Shown piece after piece: positions 32,655-43,305 of a stretch of 64,000 bases of DNA (within the stretch, counting starts at the first letter, position 1; each line of letters starts with the position of its first letter). The position numbers and the translations under genes are program-made. Source of the stretch: Synechococcales cyanobacterium VAR_4_metabat_354 (GTDB lineage: Bacteria; Cyanobacteriota; Cyanobacteriia; Cyanobacteriales; Chamaesiphonaceae). Where the stretch lies: positions 244,691 to 308,690 of the forward strand of contig JANOQI010000062.1 in assembly GCA_031414775.1 (NCBI GenBank), written 5' to 3'. The notes beneath the pieces were generated by a model that worked only from the letters and a program-made list of their open reading frames with translations, was not told where the DNA came from and ran no database searches.

Positions 32655-35573
32655 TTATTCCCACAAAAGCACAGAAGGGATAGCATTAGGATCAGCTAGA
32701 CGCAACAATTGATAGCCCACCCCCGCAGCACCCTTATAAAAACTAGGACTATGCACATTGTCAGATAAATGCGATTGCAAACCATAGCTCCCATTTTGAA
32801 TCGCCGCCTTCACCACCTTAGTCCCATGTTGACGAGCAATTGTTAATAGTCGATCGTCCCCTAACTTTTCGGCAGCAACCAGCAACAGTTCAATTCTGCC
32901 CATATTGCCACAACATAAATGATCGAGCCAACCATCACTAACACCATTCTTCTGACTAGTCCGCAAGGCAATATCAATTTCTGCCTGAACCTCAGACAGC
33001 GGTAAAATCGGTAAACTGCCCAACCGCCCCAAACCAATCCCCGGACTACCATGACACCAAGTATTCCAACAAACCACTTCACCACCTGACGGTGAAGCGC
33101 CAAAATGGGGCCAATTTTGAGCTGTTCGATCGAACACACTCCGCTCATAAGCTATCCCTTCTTCAGCCGCCGCCCGAAATCCTTCATTTCCGCTAGCCGC
33201 ATAGAGTTGCAGCAGAGCAAAAGACATCCCCGCCGCCCCATGCGAAAAACCCGTTAGGGGTCGAGAACTTTCACCTTTGTGCATCAGCCATGCCCTCGGC
33301 AAAGCATCAGTACGATTAGCCAGTAAATGTTGACCACAACCGATCGCTATATCCAAAACAGTAGTATCTTGAGTAGCTTGATACAGCTGAAGCAAACCCA
33401 GCAACGCCCCTGTTGCCCCAAACACCACATCTAGCTTCCGATCGACAGCAATAATTGCTGGTGAAATCAGCCGAGCCGCTTGCAAAGCATCTGCTAATAG
33501 TGTCGGTTCATCTAAAAATTGACTGACCTTAACCATGGCATAGATAATGCCGCCTAATCCCAACAGTCCAATCTCCGCCTTAGCGAGTTCCGGTGGGATC
33601 TGGCCAGCCCGGATCGACGAGCGAAAAGGATGGAGCGCCGCCAGAGCCGTGCGTCGAAACTGGTTATCACCAGAAATTTGCGCCAAAGCTGCCAAAAATA
33701 GACTGACTCCGGCTCTCCCTGTAAAAAGAGAATCATTCAGGATGCTTAATTGATAGCGATTAGCAGCATACATATATTCGATCGATCGCCAGTTGCAACC
33801 ATCCCCCACCCAAATAGCCGACGCCACCATTTCCTGACCAATATCCAGAGCAGCGGCCTGGAATTCTACGGGCAACAGACAATTACCTAGAGGGAAATGT
33901 CCCTGGAGAGCAGTATCAATCTGTTTGAGATGTGCAAATTTGGCGATTGAGTTAGAGCTAATCAGCTGTAATTGCCGAGCTAGATCGGTTTCATCGAGTT
34001 GTTGCAATCGATCGATCATTTGCTGATCACCAACAGAAGCCCAGAAATGATTGATGGTAGTTTTTTGATCGATCGCCAGACTATCTTGACTACAGACTGC
34101 CATAAAGCGGGGGAAATCTTGTTTTTGGAGCGCCGCAATTTCGGCAGCAAAAATTTTTTTAGCTGCTGGATGGTTGGCCAGCGGCCAATAACTAGGAGCA
34201 TGTTCCTTGATTAGATAACTAATCAGACTCTCATAAGTATCGTTATCCCTTAAGTAATCTGGTTTGAGACTCTGCCGACAGATCGTTTGGTAAGCATGAC
34301 GTGGCCTTAGATAACAACCAAATGTGAGCTGAGAGAAACTCGCGAGGGGACTATTTAACCCGACCAGAGTTGCTCGATGCTGGATGAGTAGTCGATAAAT
34401 TTCTTGGAAACCAACTGCGATCGCATTGGTATAATCTTTTGCTGAAACCGTTTCACCATCAAAAATCACGGCGTTTTTACCCGCTGGCACTATTACCGAT
34501 GTCCGCACCAAATTCATGCGATCGGTATTAATAAATTGCCACTCCTGAGCCGCTCCATTTTGCTTGGGCAAAACATTGCCCAATACGCTGGTATCCCAAG
34601 CATTCCGAGCTTCCAGCTGGCCACTCCAACGCGGTAGAATCCCCGTTTTTAGCACCGAGTCATGAAACCATCGCTGCTCCTTTTCTATGGCAATGAATTC
34701 TGGATTCATCAACGCAGCCGCATTGATCAACAGCGGGTGTTCACCAGCAGCAACTACATGATCATGCTCGCAATCTTTCGTTCCCAGCACCCATAATAGT
34801 GCCGACAACATGCCTGCTCTCTGATAAAAGTGCTGTACATGCGATCGGGTTTCACAGGCTTGTTGTTTAATTAACTCCTGCCAACCATAACCCTCGCCAG
34901 CTAACATTTTTAATGGCTGGAATGGCAGTGAAATACTTTGCTGATTGCACCAGGCCAATAATTCCTGGAAAGCTATATCCAGACTCAAATTCTTGGGTTT
35001 GTATACCAGCTCTATCCCCGAGGTAAACGTGAGAGTCAAGATCGATCGACATCCTGATGATTGATCGGATAGATTGGTAGCAATCCCAATGACTTTTCCT
35101 AAACTATGGCCATCATTAAAAGTCTCCTCCAATTTGAGAAAATCAGCAGCGAGACGTTCTAAAAATTCAGCGGTAGATTCCACCCACAAATCAATAGTGG
35201 TATTTATCAGATTTTCTAAAACTGGATAGTCCCGAAATAAGGCAATCCTTCCATCCAATAACCCGTCTATAAAGCTGTTATACAGAGAATAATCTGGGAG
35301 ATCAGTGTCTGGTAATTGCCCACAGCGCAGCCGATCAAATTCATACAATAAGACCTCCGCACCCAATCCTACCAATGTTTCTAATAAATTACGCTCTAAG
35401 GCTACATAGGCTTCTTCCGTCAATAATTTGATTTGAGTAGCAGAGAGTAAATCATGCAAATTGCGTCGGCCTGTTTGCACAAATGATAGATAAAAATTTT
35501 CAAATGGCAAAGGTTGATCTAGGTTGATCAGCGATATCTTTGCTAGCAAAGTTTCCAGCTTTTTTGTTTCCAT
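32655..35573 (-). CDS. lanM: LanM-type lanthipeptide synthetase with degenerate dehydratase and intact LanC-like cyclase
   Basis: LVYKPK, GYGW, FYQRAGML; cyclase motifs GFSHGAAG, WCHGSPG, HLCCGNMG. Confidence 0.9.
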   Translation of the reverse strand: METKKLETLLAKISLINLDQPLPFENFYLSFVQTGRRNLHDLLSATQIKLLTEEAYVALERNLLETLVGLGAEVLLYEFDRLRCGQLPDTDLPDYSLYNSFIDGLLDGRIALFRDYPVLENLINTTIDLWVESTAEFLERLAADFLKLEETFNDGHSLGKVIGIATNLSDQSSGCRSILTLTFTSGIELVYKPKNLSLDIAFQELLAWCNQQSISLPFQPLKMLAGEGYGWQELIKQQACETRSHVQHFYQRAGMLSALLWVLGTKDCEHDHVVAAGEHPLLINAAALMNPEFIAIEKEQRWFHDSVLKTGILPRWSGQLEARNAWDTSVLGNVLPKQNGAAQEWQFINTDRMNLVRTSVIVPAGKNAVIFDGETVSAKDYTNAIAVGFQEIYRLLIQHRATLVGLNSPLASFSQLTFGCYLRPRHAYQTICRQSLKPDYLRDNDTYESLISYLIKEHAPSYWPLANHPAAKKIFAAEIAALQKQDFPRFMAVCSQDSLAIDQKTTINHFWASVGDQQMIDRLQQLDETDLARQLQLISSNSIAKFAHLKQIDTALQGHFPLGNCLLPVEFQAAALDIGQEMVASAIWVGDGCNWRSIEYMYAANRYQLSILNDSLFTGRAGVSLFLAALAQISGDNQFRRTALAALHPFRSSIRAGQIPPELAKAEIGLLGLGGIIYAMVKVSQFLDEPTLLADALQAARLISPAIIAVDRKLDVVFGATGALLGLLQLYQATQDTTVLDIAIGCGQHLLANRTDALPRAWLMHKGESSRPLTGFSHGAAGMSFALLQLYAASGNEGFRAAAEEGIAYERSVFDRTAQNWPHFGASPSGGEVVCWNTWCHGSPGIGLGRLGSLPILPLSEVQAEIDIALRTSQKNGVSDGWLDHLCCGNMGRIELLLVAAEKLGDDRLLTIARQHGTKVVKAAIQNGSYGLQSHLSDNVHSPSFYKGAAGVGYQLLRLADPNAIPSVLLWE

Positions 35574-35592
35574 GATTTATTTTGGTGTATCC

Positions 35593-36696
35593 TCAGCCGA
35601 TCACCCGATAAATATCTTTAGAACCACTATTAAGATGTGGATGCTGCAAATCTATTCCTACCAAGGAGAACTGCTCTGAAATCGCGTTTATCCTCTCTCT
35701 ATAAGAGTTTCGACCTTGATGAAATAACTCCAGCAACCCATTAGCCACAATTTGACAACGATTCATCCCGAAACTTTCCCGCTCCGCAAACTTCTGATCT
35801 GGCTCCTCCGCCAGTCCTAAACCAAGTGCCAGTTGCTTAGTGAACAAAGGAATCTTCGGGATAAAATGCGACTGGTGTTCTATATAAATACCATCTAAAA
35901 CGCGTAGCACAACTTCATAATCTTGCCAGTCAAAATACAGCACCCCCGAATCAAAACGATTGTAGTCTTTTGGGTTATACAAAACCTTGAAACTAAAAGG
36001 AATACCGACTGCATTTAACTCCTGGGTCACACTCTTCATCACAGCGATCGATCCCGCTGCCGTCACATTAAAATAAATCCGCACCAAAGCATCCCCTGGC
36101 TGCGGACGACTAAAACCCAAATTACCGACAGCCATATAGAACCCATTCTGCATCCGGTTTTTGGGCATCTTAATTGCCACCAAATCCCCCACCGACACTT
36201 GCTGCTCTGTTTCTTTTAAATGCTTGTCCTGCCTAATATGTAGCCGTAAACTACCATTTTTGATAGCCAAACTACCATCTTCCTCTTCCTTCAACACCGT
36301 CCAGCCCCCATCAAAATAACCCTCCCCGCAGTTACTATCATGCAATTGCTGGAAAAAAGCCGTATCAATGCCCATGACTGTATTATTTTCTAAATCTAGC
36401 TGCACCGGCTGATCTGGTGCATCCAAAGCCAATGAACTGCGCATCGCACCGTTATAGTAAATGCCATACAAAAAACTGCGTAACTGCAAACTCAAAAACT
36501 TTTGTTGCATCTGCTCCGGCATCTTTTGAAACCGCTCCACCGCCTCCGCTGGAATCTCCAGCGGCTTATAACTAGGGTGATGAATCGAAAAATCATCCCG
36601 AATTTCCACATTCCGAGCAATATCCTCCAACACCGTCATCAGCTCAGTATAAGCCGCAGTATCAGACTTGGTTGAAATAGCATCTAGTGTTTGCAT
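35593..36696 (-). CDS. HopA1-family protein (putative phospho-Ser/Thr lyase, LanY/TvaD-like)
   Basis: VRIYFN, FSFKVL, RFDSGVLYF, PLFTK.LA.GLGLAEEP, ESFGMNRC; adjacent to a phosphotransferase. Confidence 0.82.
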   Translation of the reverse strand: MQTLDAISTKSDTAAYTELMTVLEDIARNVEIRDDFSIHHPSYKPLEIPAEAVERFQKMPEQMQQKFLSLQLRSFLYGIYYNGAMRSSLALDAPDQPVQLDLENNTVMGIDTAFFQQLHDSNCGEGYFDGGWTVLKEEEDGSLAIKNGSLRLHIRQDKHLKETEQQVSVGDLVAIKMPKNRMQNGFYMAVGNLGFSRPQPGDALVRIYFNVTAAGSIAVMKSVTQELNAVGIPFSFKVLYNPKDYNRFDSGVLYFDWQDYEVVLRVLDGIYIEHQSHFIPKIPLFTKQLALGLGLAEEPDQKFAERESFGMNRCQIVANGLLELFHQGRNSYRERINAISEQFSLVGIDLQHPHLNSGSKDIYRVIG

Positions 36697-36800
36697 AGTT
36701 TTAGTAGTTATTAATAATTAATGTAAGAGCCAAAGCTAGAATCTAATAATTTTGGCAACTTCAAGATTGACCGTAAAATAGCGGCCAGAAAACCCCAACC

Positions 36801-37949
36801 TCAAACCGTTACCAGCACTTGAGGTACCATCAATTGCCCCCCAAACACCGTCGGCATCGACTGCACCGGACGACACAACAACGACTTCGCCACCTGCAAC
36901 TGAGCAATTCCCGCATTTCCCAACGTCTTTTGGTATTGAATCGCCGCCTCAATCCCCTGAATCAAAGCCAACCCGGCAAACTGCACCGTCCTTTCCAAAA
37001 AATCAGGTCGATCGATCAAAATCTGTGGAAAAGCTTGCAAATAAGCTTGAGTCAAAACCGCGATCGAAGGTTGTACCTGATCTAATGGAGTCATCGCCAA
37101 AGCTAAAGACTCCTCGATCGACAGCGACTTACTGACCACCAAACTCCCCAACCATATTTGCAAATAACTACCAATTAAAGTCCCCAAATCAAATGCCGGA
37201 TCGCCCCAAGCCGATCGCTCCCAATCAATCAGCCGCGCCATCCCACTCGTCGGTTGTTCCCAATCATTGTGCAGCAGGACATTATTCAGCTTGAGGTCGT
37301 TATGAGTCAAACAATCCGCCGTAAAAGCCTCGCCCAGCTCTACCAAGGCCTGACCCAAACTGTCGTAGCGCTGATACAAAGCATAAAACTTCAAACCATC
37401 ATCTGGCACCGCACCAAAGATCTCTGGAGTTAAACGCTCCAATCCCCGAATCATTCTTTGGACAATGCTTGTTTCGGATCGGAGCGGGTTTCGATCGATC
37501 GCTTCCTGATAGTCCGATCGCTGATAGGTATCCCGATGGAAAGTAGCCAACAAAGCCCCCAGTTTTTGGGCGATGCGATCGGAAAAGGTATTTTCCTTGG
37601 CATAAAAGCTCATCAAGTCCTGATATTCATTCAGATATTTAAATATCAGAATCGAGTTCTCGGCATCAAAATGGAGTACTTCCGAAACAAAAGGTTGCCA
37701 GTGCTGCAATGATGAAAAATTTCGCATCAATTCCTGCACTTGCCATTCTGACAAAAACTCCCCGATGGCTTTTCCTTCTTGGTTGTGGCGTTCCTGCTTT
37801 ACTAGAAGCTTTGAGTCTTGAGCTAACGTAATTAACAAGTTAAAGTTCTTTGCCGACACTGGTTCGATATTATCAGTGGTGCTTTCTGAGTGGTAGCCCA
37901 GATCGGCCAAGTACTCAAAGACATTCGTTTGATTTAGTAGAAATACCAT
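36801..37949 (-). CDS. APH-like phosphotransferase (LanK/TvaC-like peptide kinase)
   Basis: KNFNLL, LLVKQE, LTHNDLKLNNVL, LIDWE...WGDPAFDLG. Confidence 0.85.
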   Translation of the reverse strand: MVFLLNQTNVFEYLADLGYHSESTTDNIEPVSAKNFNLLITLAQDSKLLVKQERHNQEGKAIGEFLSEWQVQELMRNFSSLQHWQPFVSEVLHFDAENSILIFKYLNEYQDLMSFYAKENTFSDRIAQKLGALLATFHRDTYQRSDYQEAIDRNPLRSETSIVQRMIRGLERLTPEIFGAVPDDGLKFYALYQRYDSLGQALVELGEAFTADCLTHNDLKLNNVLLHNDWEQPTSGMARLIDWERSAWGDPAFDLGTLIGSYLQIWLGSLVVSKSLSIEESLALAMTPLDQVQPSIAVLTQAYLQAFPQILIDRPDFLERTVQFAGLALIQGIEAAIQYQKTLGNAGIAQLQVAKSLLCRPVQSMPTVFGGQLMVPQVLVTV

Positions 37950-38334
37950 AGTTGATTTTGGAAACCTTTAAGATAGCTCGGTAACTCGTGAGTCACTTGT
38001 CTTACCCGTTGTCGGTAGTATCAAAGTTGCAAGTGAGTTGAATTTTCTCCACTCCGATTTACCTTGTCCCTAATTCTAGACAAATCAAGTTCTACATATA
38101 CAAAAAGAAGTGATCTTAAACGGTGGTAAATTACAACTATTTTGATCCTTTTGCAATCGCAAAAAAGTAACCTCCTTGTCTAAATAAAGAATAAGCCAAG
38201 ATTTTGTCAGCTGATTTATTAAGATCGAATAACCTATCTCAACATCAATCTGGAGAGCTTAGTGAAATGGACGCTAGCAATTGGATTGGCTAAGATGGCA
38301 ATGAAGGTCAATTGCTTATCCGGAGAAAAAACCT

Positions 38335-38805
38335 ATGAAAATTGATATTGGCATTGATACAGCAGCTCGCAAAGAGATCGCGGATGGTTTATCGAAGCTC
38401 TTGGCCGATACCTACAGTTTGTACTTGAAAACTCACTATTTTCACTGGAACGTTACCGGGCCAATGTTTCAAACCCTACACCTCATGTTTGAAACCCAGT
38501 ATACCGAGTTGGCTTTGGCCGTAGATTTAATTGCTGAGCGCATTCGGGCGTTGGGCTTTACGGCTCCGGGTAGCTACAGTGTTTATGCTCAGCTCAGTTC
38601 GATTCCGGAAACCACTGATGTCCCCACAGCCACTGACATGATCCGGTTGTTGGTAGAAGGACAAGAAACTGTTTGCCGCACTGCTCGATCGATCTTCCCC
38701 ATTATCGAAAAAGTTAGTGACGAACCTACCGCCGATCTTTTAACCCAAAGATTACAACTTCACGAAAAAACTGCATGGATGCTACGCAGTTTGTTAGATA
38801 ATTAA
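38335..38805 (+). CDS. dps: Dps family ferritin-like protein
   Basis: [39 protein letters not shown]. Confidence 0.93.
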   Translation: MKIDIGIDTAARKEIADGLSKLLADTYSLYLKTHYFHWNVTGPMFQTLHLMFETQYTELALAVDLIAERIRALGFTAPGSYSVYAQLSSIPETTDVPTATDMIRLLVEGQETVCRTARSIFPIIEKVSDEPTADLLTQRLQLHEKTAWMLRSLLDN

Positions 38806-38866
38806 GGTTCCTTTAGTAATCGATGGGAGTGCCTTGGCTGACAAGACACTCTTTTTTTGTGTTTTT

Positions 38867-39439
38867 ATGGGTGAAAATTCTTTGGAAATCGTGTTGTGCG
38901 AGCTAATGGTGACAGCGCAGATCCCTAACTGGCAGCAGCTTAGTCACCAGACGGGGATTTCTGCTAAGCGGTTGCGAAAATTGCGGCACGGTCAGAGTGA
39001 GCATTTGAAACTATCTGAACTAATTAATCTCAGTCAATCGCTGCAAATTTCGCTGTTAGGGTTACTAGAGCGATGTGGTCTGCAATCTAGCCCGGAGCCA
39101 ACTAGTCCGCCAGCTTCTTCCCTGACAGAATTTCAACTGACTAGTATTCAAACCATTGAATCTTTTTTAACCTATTGGCCAGCGGCCGCCTATCAAGTCC
39201 AGATCAATCCAGATTTTCCGGCCAGCAAACTGTTACCGCTGGTGAAGCCGATCGAACGTCTCCTGGCTAACTGGGATGTTGTCCAAATTGGTGCAGTGGG
39301 CGCAGTAATGCCTTTTAATCCGCAGCAGCATCAGGCCATTGATGGCCATATTCAGTCAGGTGAAATGGTGATGGTGCGTTATCCCGGCTATCAGCAGGGT
39401 GAAAAACTATTGTGGCGTGCCCAAGTCAGTCGCTCCTAA
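38867..39439 (+). CDS. XRE-type HTH protein with C-terminal GrpE-like domain
   Basis: N-terminal HTH (QLSHQTGIS..RLRKLR); C-terminal FNPQQHQ, VRYPGY.QGEKLLWRAQVS. Confidence 0.7.
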   Translation: MGENSLEIVLCELMVTAQIPNWQQLSHQTGISAKRLRKLRHGQSEHLKLSELINLSQSLQISLLGLLERCGLQSSPEPTSPPASSLTEFQLTSIQTIESFLTYWPAAAYQVQINPDFPASKLLPLVKPIERLLANWDVVQIGAVGAVMPFNPQQHQAIDGHIQSGEMVMVRYPGYQQGEKLLWRAQVSRS

Positions 39440-39549
39440 AGAATTTGTTGAGATTTCTAGCCTAGGTGCATAACCGGGGCAATTGATCGGCAATAATAGG
39501 GAGCGTACTGCCTTGCGCTTTGGTGCAGGCTCTCCACCCGCCATTGGTT

Positions 39550-41523
39550 ATGTCAGACACAAATATTGAATCAGTTCTTCAAGAAAATCGGCTATTTCCC
39601 CCGTCTCCGGAGTTTTCCCAAGGGGCACATATTAAGAGCATGGCTGAATATGAAGCGCTCTGTGCCAAAGCAGCGGCAGATCCGGCCAAATTCTGGGCAG
39701 ACTTAGCGATGCAAGAGTTACATTGGTTTAAGCCTTGGGATCAAGTCTTAGACTGGAGTAATCCCCCTTTTGCGAAATGGTTTGTTGGTGGTCAGCTGAA
39801 TATTTCCTATAACTGTCTCGATCGACACTTGGAAACCGAGCGGCGAAATAAACCGGCCTTGATCTGGGAAGGTGAACCGGGCGATACCCGCACCTTAACT
39901 TATTTTCAGCTACATCAAGAAGTGTGCCAGATGGCCAATGTCCTGAAAAAGTTGGGCGTAACCAAAGGCGATCGAGTGGGCATCTACATGCCAATGATTC
40001 CAGAAGCGGCGATGGCCATGTTGGCCTGTGCTCGCATTGGGGCGGTGCATACGATTGTCTTTGGGGGTTTTAGTGCCGAGGCTTTACGCGATCGATTGGT
40101 AGCTGGTGAAGTCAAGTTAGTAATTACTGCTGATGGCGGTTGGCGCAAGGATGCCATCGTCCCCCTCAAGCAGCAGGTAGATTTGGCGATCGAAGGCAAT
40201 GCTTGTCCAACGGTGCAAAAAACTCTAGTGGTGCAGCGCACTAAGCAAGACACTGCGATGGAAGCAGGGCGAGATCATTGGTGGCACGAAGAACAGGCGA
40301 TCGCCTCTACGGATTGTCCGGCAGTAGCGATGGATGCCGAAGACATGCTGTTTATTCTGTACACCTCGGGCAGCACCGGCAAACCAAAGGGCGTAGTGCA
40401 CACAACCGGCGGCTATAATCTCTATTCCCACATCACGACTAAATGGATTTTCGACCTCAAAGATAGCGATATTTATTGGTGTACCGCCGATGTCGGCTGG
40501 ATTACTGGTCATAGCTACATTGTCTATGGCCCGCTCTCCAATGGAGCCACTACCGTGATCTACGAAGGCGCTCCCCGAGCCAGCAATCCGGGTTGTTTCT
40601 GGGATGTAATCGCCAAGCACAAGGTCACGATTTTCTACACCGCCCCCACAGCGATTCGCGCCTTTATCAAAATGGGCGAAGAAATCCCGAATACCCGCGA
40701 TCTGTCTACGCTGCGGTTGTTGGGTACCGTGGGTGAACCAATTAACCCCGAAGCTTGGATGTGGTATCACCGGGTAATTGGTGGTGGTCGTTGTCCAATC
40801 GTCGATACCTGGTGGCAAACTGAAACTGGTGGGATTATGATTACGGCGTTGCCGGGGGCAATTCCGACTAAACCGGGTTCAGCTACTCGTCCCTTCCCCG
40901 GCATTTTGGCCGAGGTGGTGGATATGACTGGCCAGCCAGTACCGATTAATACTGGAGGATATTTGGTGATCAAACATCCCTGGCCAGGAATGCTCCGGAA
41001 TGTTTATGGCGATCCCGAGCGCTTCTGCAAAACCTATTGGGAAGAAATTCCACCCCAAGATGGTAAGTACCTATACTTCGCTGGGGATGGGGCGCGTCAG
41101 GATGCCGATGGCTATTTCTGGGTGATGGGGCGGGTTGATGATGTGATCAACGTTTCTGGGCACCGTTTGGGCACGATGGAAGTGGAGTCGGCGCTGGTAT
41201 CCCACCCCGCAGTGGCCGAAGCGGCGGTGGTAGGCAAGCCTGATGAGCTAAAGGGCGAAGAAATTGTGGCCTTTGTAACCCTGGAACATACTTTTACGGC
41301 TAGTGATGCCATGATGAAGGAGTTGAAACTGCACGTCGGCAAGGAGATCGGAGCAATCGCCCGCCCCGGTGAAATCCGGTTTACGGATTCTTTACCTAAA
41401 ACGAGGTCAGGTAAGATTATGCGCCGGTTGCTGAGATCTTTGGCGGCAGGTGAGGAGGTGACTGGGGATACTTCGACTTTGGAAGATCGATCGGTACTCG
41501 ATCGGCTACGTCAGGATGCCTAA
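39550..41523 (+). CDS. acs: Acetyl-CoA synthetase
   Basis: [33 protein letters not shown]. Confidence 0.96.
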   Translation: MSDTNIESVLQENRLFPPSPEFSQGAHIKSMAEYEALCAKAAADPAKFWADLAMQELHWFKPWDQVLDWSNPPFAKWFVGGQLNISYNCLDRHLETERRNKPALIWEGEPGDTRTLTYFQLHQEVCQMANVLKKLGVTKGDRVGIYMPMIPEAAMAMLACARIGAVHTIVFGGFSAEALRDRLVAGEVKLVITADGGWRKDAIVPLKQQVDLAIEGNACPTVQKTLVVQRTKQDTAMEAGRDHWWHEEQAIASTDCPAVAMDAEDMLFILYTSGSTGKPKGVVHTTGGYNLYSHITTKWIFDLKDSDIYWCTADVGWITGHSYIVYGPLSNGATTVIYEGAPRASNPGCFWDVIAKHKVTIFYTAPTAIRAFIKMGEEIPNTRDLSTLRLLGTVGEPINPEAWMWYHRVIGGGRCPIVDTWWQTETGGIMITALPGAIPTKPGSATRPFPGILAEVVDMTGQPVPINTGGYLVIKHPWPGMLRNVYGDPERFCKTYWEEIPPQDGKYLYFAGDGARQDADGYFWVMGRVDDVINVSGHRLGTMEVESALVSHPAVAEAAVVGKPDELKGEEIVAFVTLEHTFTASDAMMKELKLHVGKEIGAIARPGEIRFTDSLPKTRSGKIMRRLLRSLAAGEEVTGDTSTLEDRSVLDRLRQDA

Positions 41524-41525
41524 TG

Positions 41526-42230
41526 CTATTTTTGATTGAATTGCACTTGATACATCTGAAATAACTTACCAGTTTTGGTGGCTGTCACTCGGCCACCAGC
41601 TTCTTTTACTAGCGCAGTTATTTGCGCCAAAGGCGATAGATATACTTCGGCGCCCAGGTACATTTCTAAAATTGACCAGTTCTCGGCCAGCTCTGTTGCT
41701 GGATCGATCGCATCAAACACAAAAAGTCCATCAGGTTTTAATACTCGTTTGACTTCTTGCAACACTAGCTCCCAATATTCGGGGGGGTAGTAGCAGCTAA
41801 AGCCGGTGGCAACCACTCGATCAAACATCGCATCTTCGTACTTTAATTGGTGCGCCGCGCCCGCTTGTACTCCTTTAAACAGCTTGGAGTTGAGTTGAGA
41901 ACCGCGTGAATTCAGCGCAGCCTGCGCCACGGTGCTGATTTCCTGGCCATAGAAATAGGTTTGCCAATCGCGCCAATCGTAGATCAAAAAACTCACACCG
42001 CAGCCGATATCTAAACAACGGTGATTTTTGCTAAATTTACTCAGTTTCCAAAAGGGCGAAGTGGTCTCCAGTGCCAAATCACGACTCACCCATTGCCGGA
42101 AGATGGGCATGGCTTCTACTTCCGGGGGTAAATCGAAGGATTCTTGGCGAAACTCTTTATCGAATCTTTGCCGGACTCGATCGATGTGGCTGGACCAATC
42201 TTGGGGCGGTGAAGGAATGGAGGTATACAT
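41526..42230 (-). CDS. Class I SAM-dependent methyltransferase
   Basis: CLDIGCG, FDRVVA, VKRVLKPDG. Confidence 0.85.
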   Translation of the reverse strand: MYTSIPSPPQDWSSHIDRVRQRFDKEFRQESFDLPPEVEAMPIFRQWVSRDLALETTSPFWKLSKFSKNHRCLDIGCGVSFLIYDWRDWQTYFYGQEISTVAQAALNSRGSQLNSKLFKGVQAGAAHQLKYEDAMFDRVVATGFSCYYPPEYWELVLQEVKRVLKPDGLFVFDAIDPATELAENWSILEMYLGAEVYLSPLAQITALVKEAGGRVTATKTGKLFQMYQVQFNQK

Positions 42231-42313
42231 TAAGTCGGAGTCCGATCGAATGATCCCTATGGGGTTTTGGATAGGAACAGCTTACGCTATTTGTTGACTA
42301 GATCTACCATACT

Positions 42314-42937
42314 TTAACGACGTAATAACTTACCTTGTGCTTGTGCCGATCGAATCACTTGAATATTACTAGTGAATACTTGGATATTTGGGACAGTAGC
42401 ATAATCCATATCGTCGGTGATGACTTGGATTTTACCTGTTCCGGCCCGACTAATTGCTTCAAGAATTAGCAGATCGTAACCATCGACTGATTGGGTTTGA
42501 AAACGGTTGAGAGCAGCTTTAGCAATCTCATCATTAATTGTCAGATCGGCAGAAATTGCGATCGATTCCACTTGACTCCATGCCGCCTGAACTTCTGAGA
42601 CCACCTTAGCTCGTTCGTTAGGGTAATTGTGTCGATAGTCTTTGGACTTTAAGCTAGAGTTGTTATTTTGGTTGTATATATCTCGCTCAATCCTTTCGAT
42701 CACGCTGGCCAGTTCGGCCAAGGTTAGCACCGAATAACTAAGTGTTGTGCCTTGTTCAAGTGCACTATCTAGATAATAAGGATAATCCTTAAGCTGATAT
42801 GGTTTTGCGGTGAAACTAGCATTTCTGTAAGTCTGCCATAGCCAAACATTGGTGTCCACCAAAAAAATATCGCTTTTTTGGGGTGTATCATTCTGGATAT
42901 CGATAATATCAGCCCGGACAGTAAGACTAATATTCAT
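42314..42937 (-). CDS. PIN domain-containing protein
   Basis: FLVDTNVW, LAE, DGYDLLI, ITDDMDY acidic tetrad. Confidence 0.8.
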   Translation of the reverse strand: MNISLTVRADIIDIQNDTPQKSDIFLVDTNVWLWQTYRNASFTAKPYQLKDYPYYLDSALEQGTTLSYSVLTLAELASVIERIERDIYNQNNNSSLKSKDYRHNYPNERAKVVSEVQAAWSQVESIAISADLTINDEIAKAALNRFQTQSVDGYDLLILEAISRAGTGKIQVITDDMDYATVPNIQVFTSNIQVIRSAQAQGKLLRR

Positions 42938-42940
42938 TGA

Positions 42941-43288
42941 TTAGCAGTTAGCGGCGTATTCTTGCATGACGTTATCCACTGCTCGTCGATAACTTGCATC
43001 ATTGTAATAGTGTTCGGCATTGTCCATGACTCGTTGCAAGATATGCTGACCATCATTAGTCAACCCAGTAATACAAATCTGACGATTTAAGTCATCGCGT
43101 GAGAAGTCTTTCAAAAGCTGACCAGTAGCAACATTGAAGAATGCAGTGGCAAAAACTTTAACTTCGCTAAAATCTAGTTCAACAACTTGTCCTAAGCTAA
43201 GAAGTTGGTAAATTAGATCGTAAATTTTTTGTCCTTTGTTGGGGGAGATAGCGTATTGCCCAGTGATTTCGTGAATATTATATTTCAT
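42941..43288 (-). CDS. STAS-like (DUF4325-type) protein
   Basis: VELDFSEVKVFATAFFNVATGQL; ATG 43288. Confidence 0.75.
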   Translation of the reverse strand: MKYNIHEITGQYAISPNKGQKIYDLIYQLLSLGQVVELDFSEVKVFATAFFNVATGQLLKDFSRDDLNRQICITGLTNDGQHILQRVMDNAEHYYNDASYRRAVDNVMQEYAANC

Positions 43289-43305
43289 AACTTCTCTCCG
43301 GAATT

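Noticed and set aside
35593..36696. Type III secretion effector role for the HopA1-like protein
   Set aside because: No T3SS genes nearby; adjacency to a kinase, LanM and precursors favours a RiPP lyase
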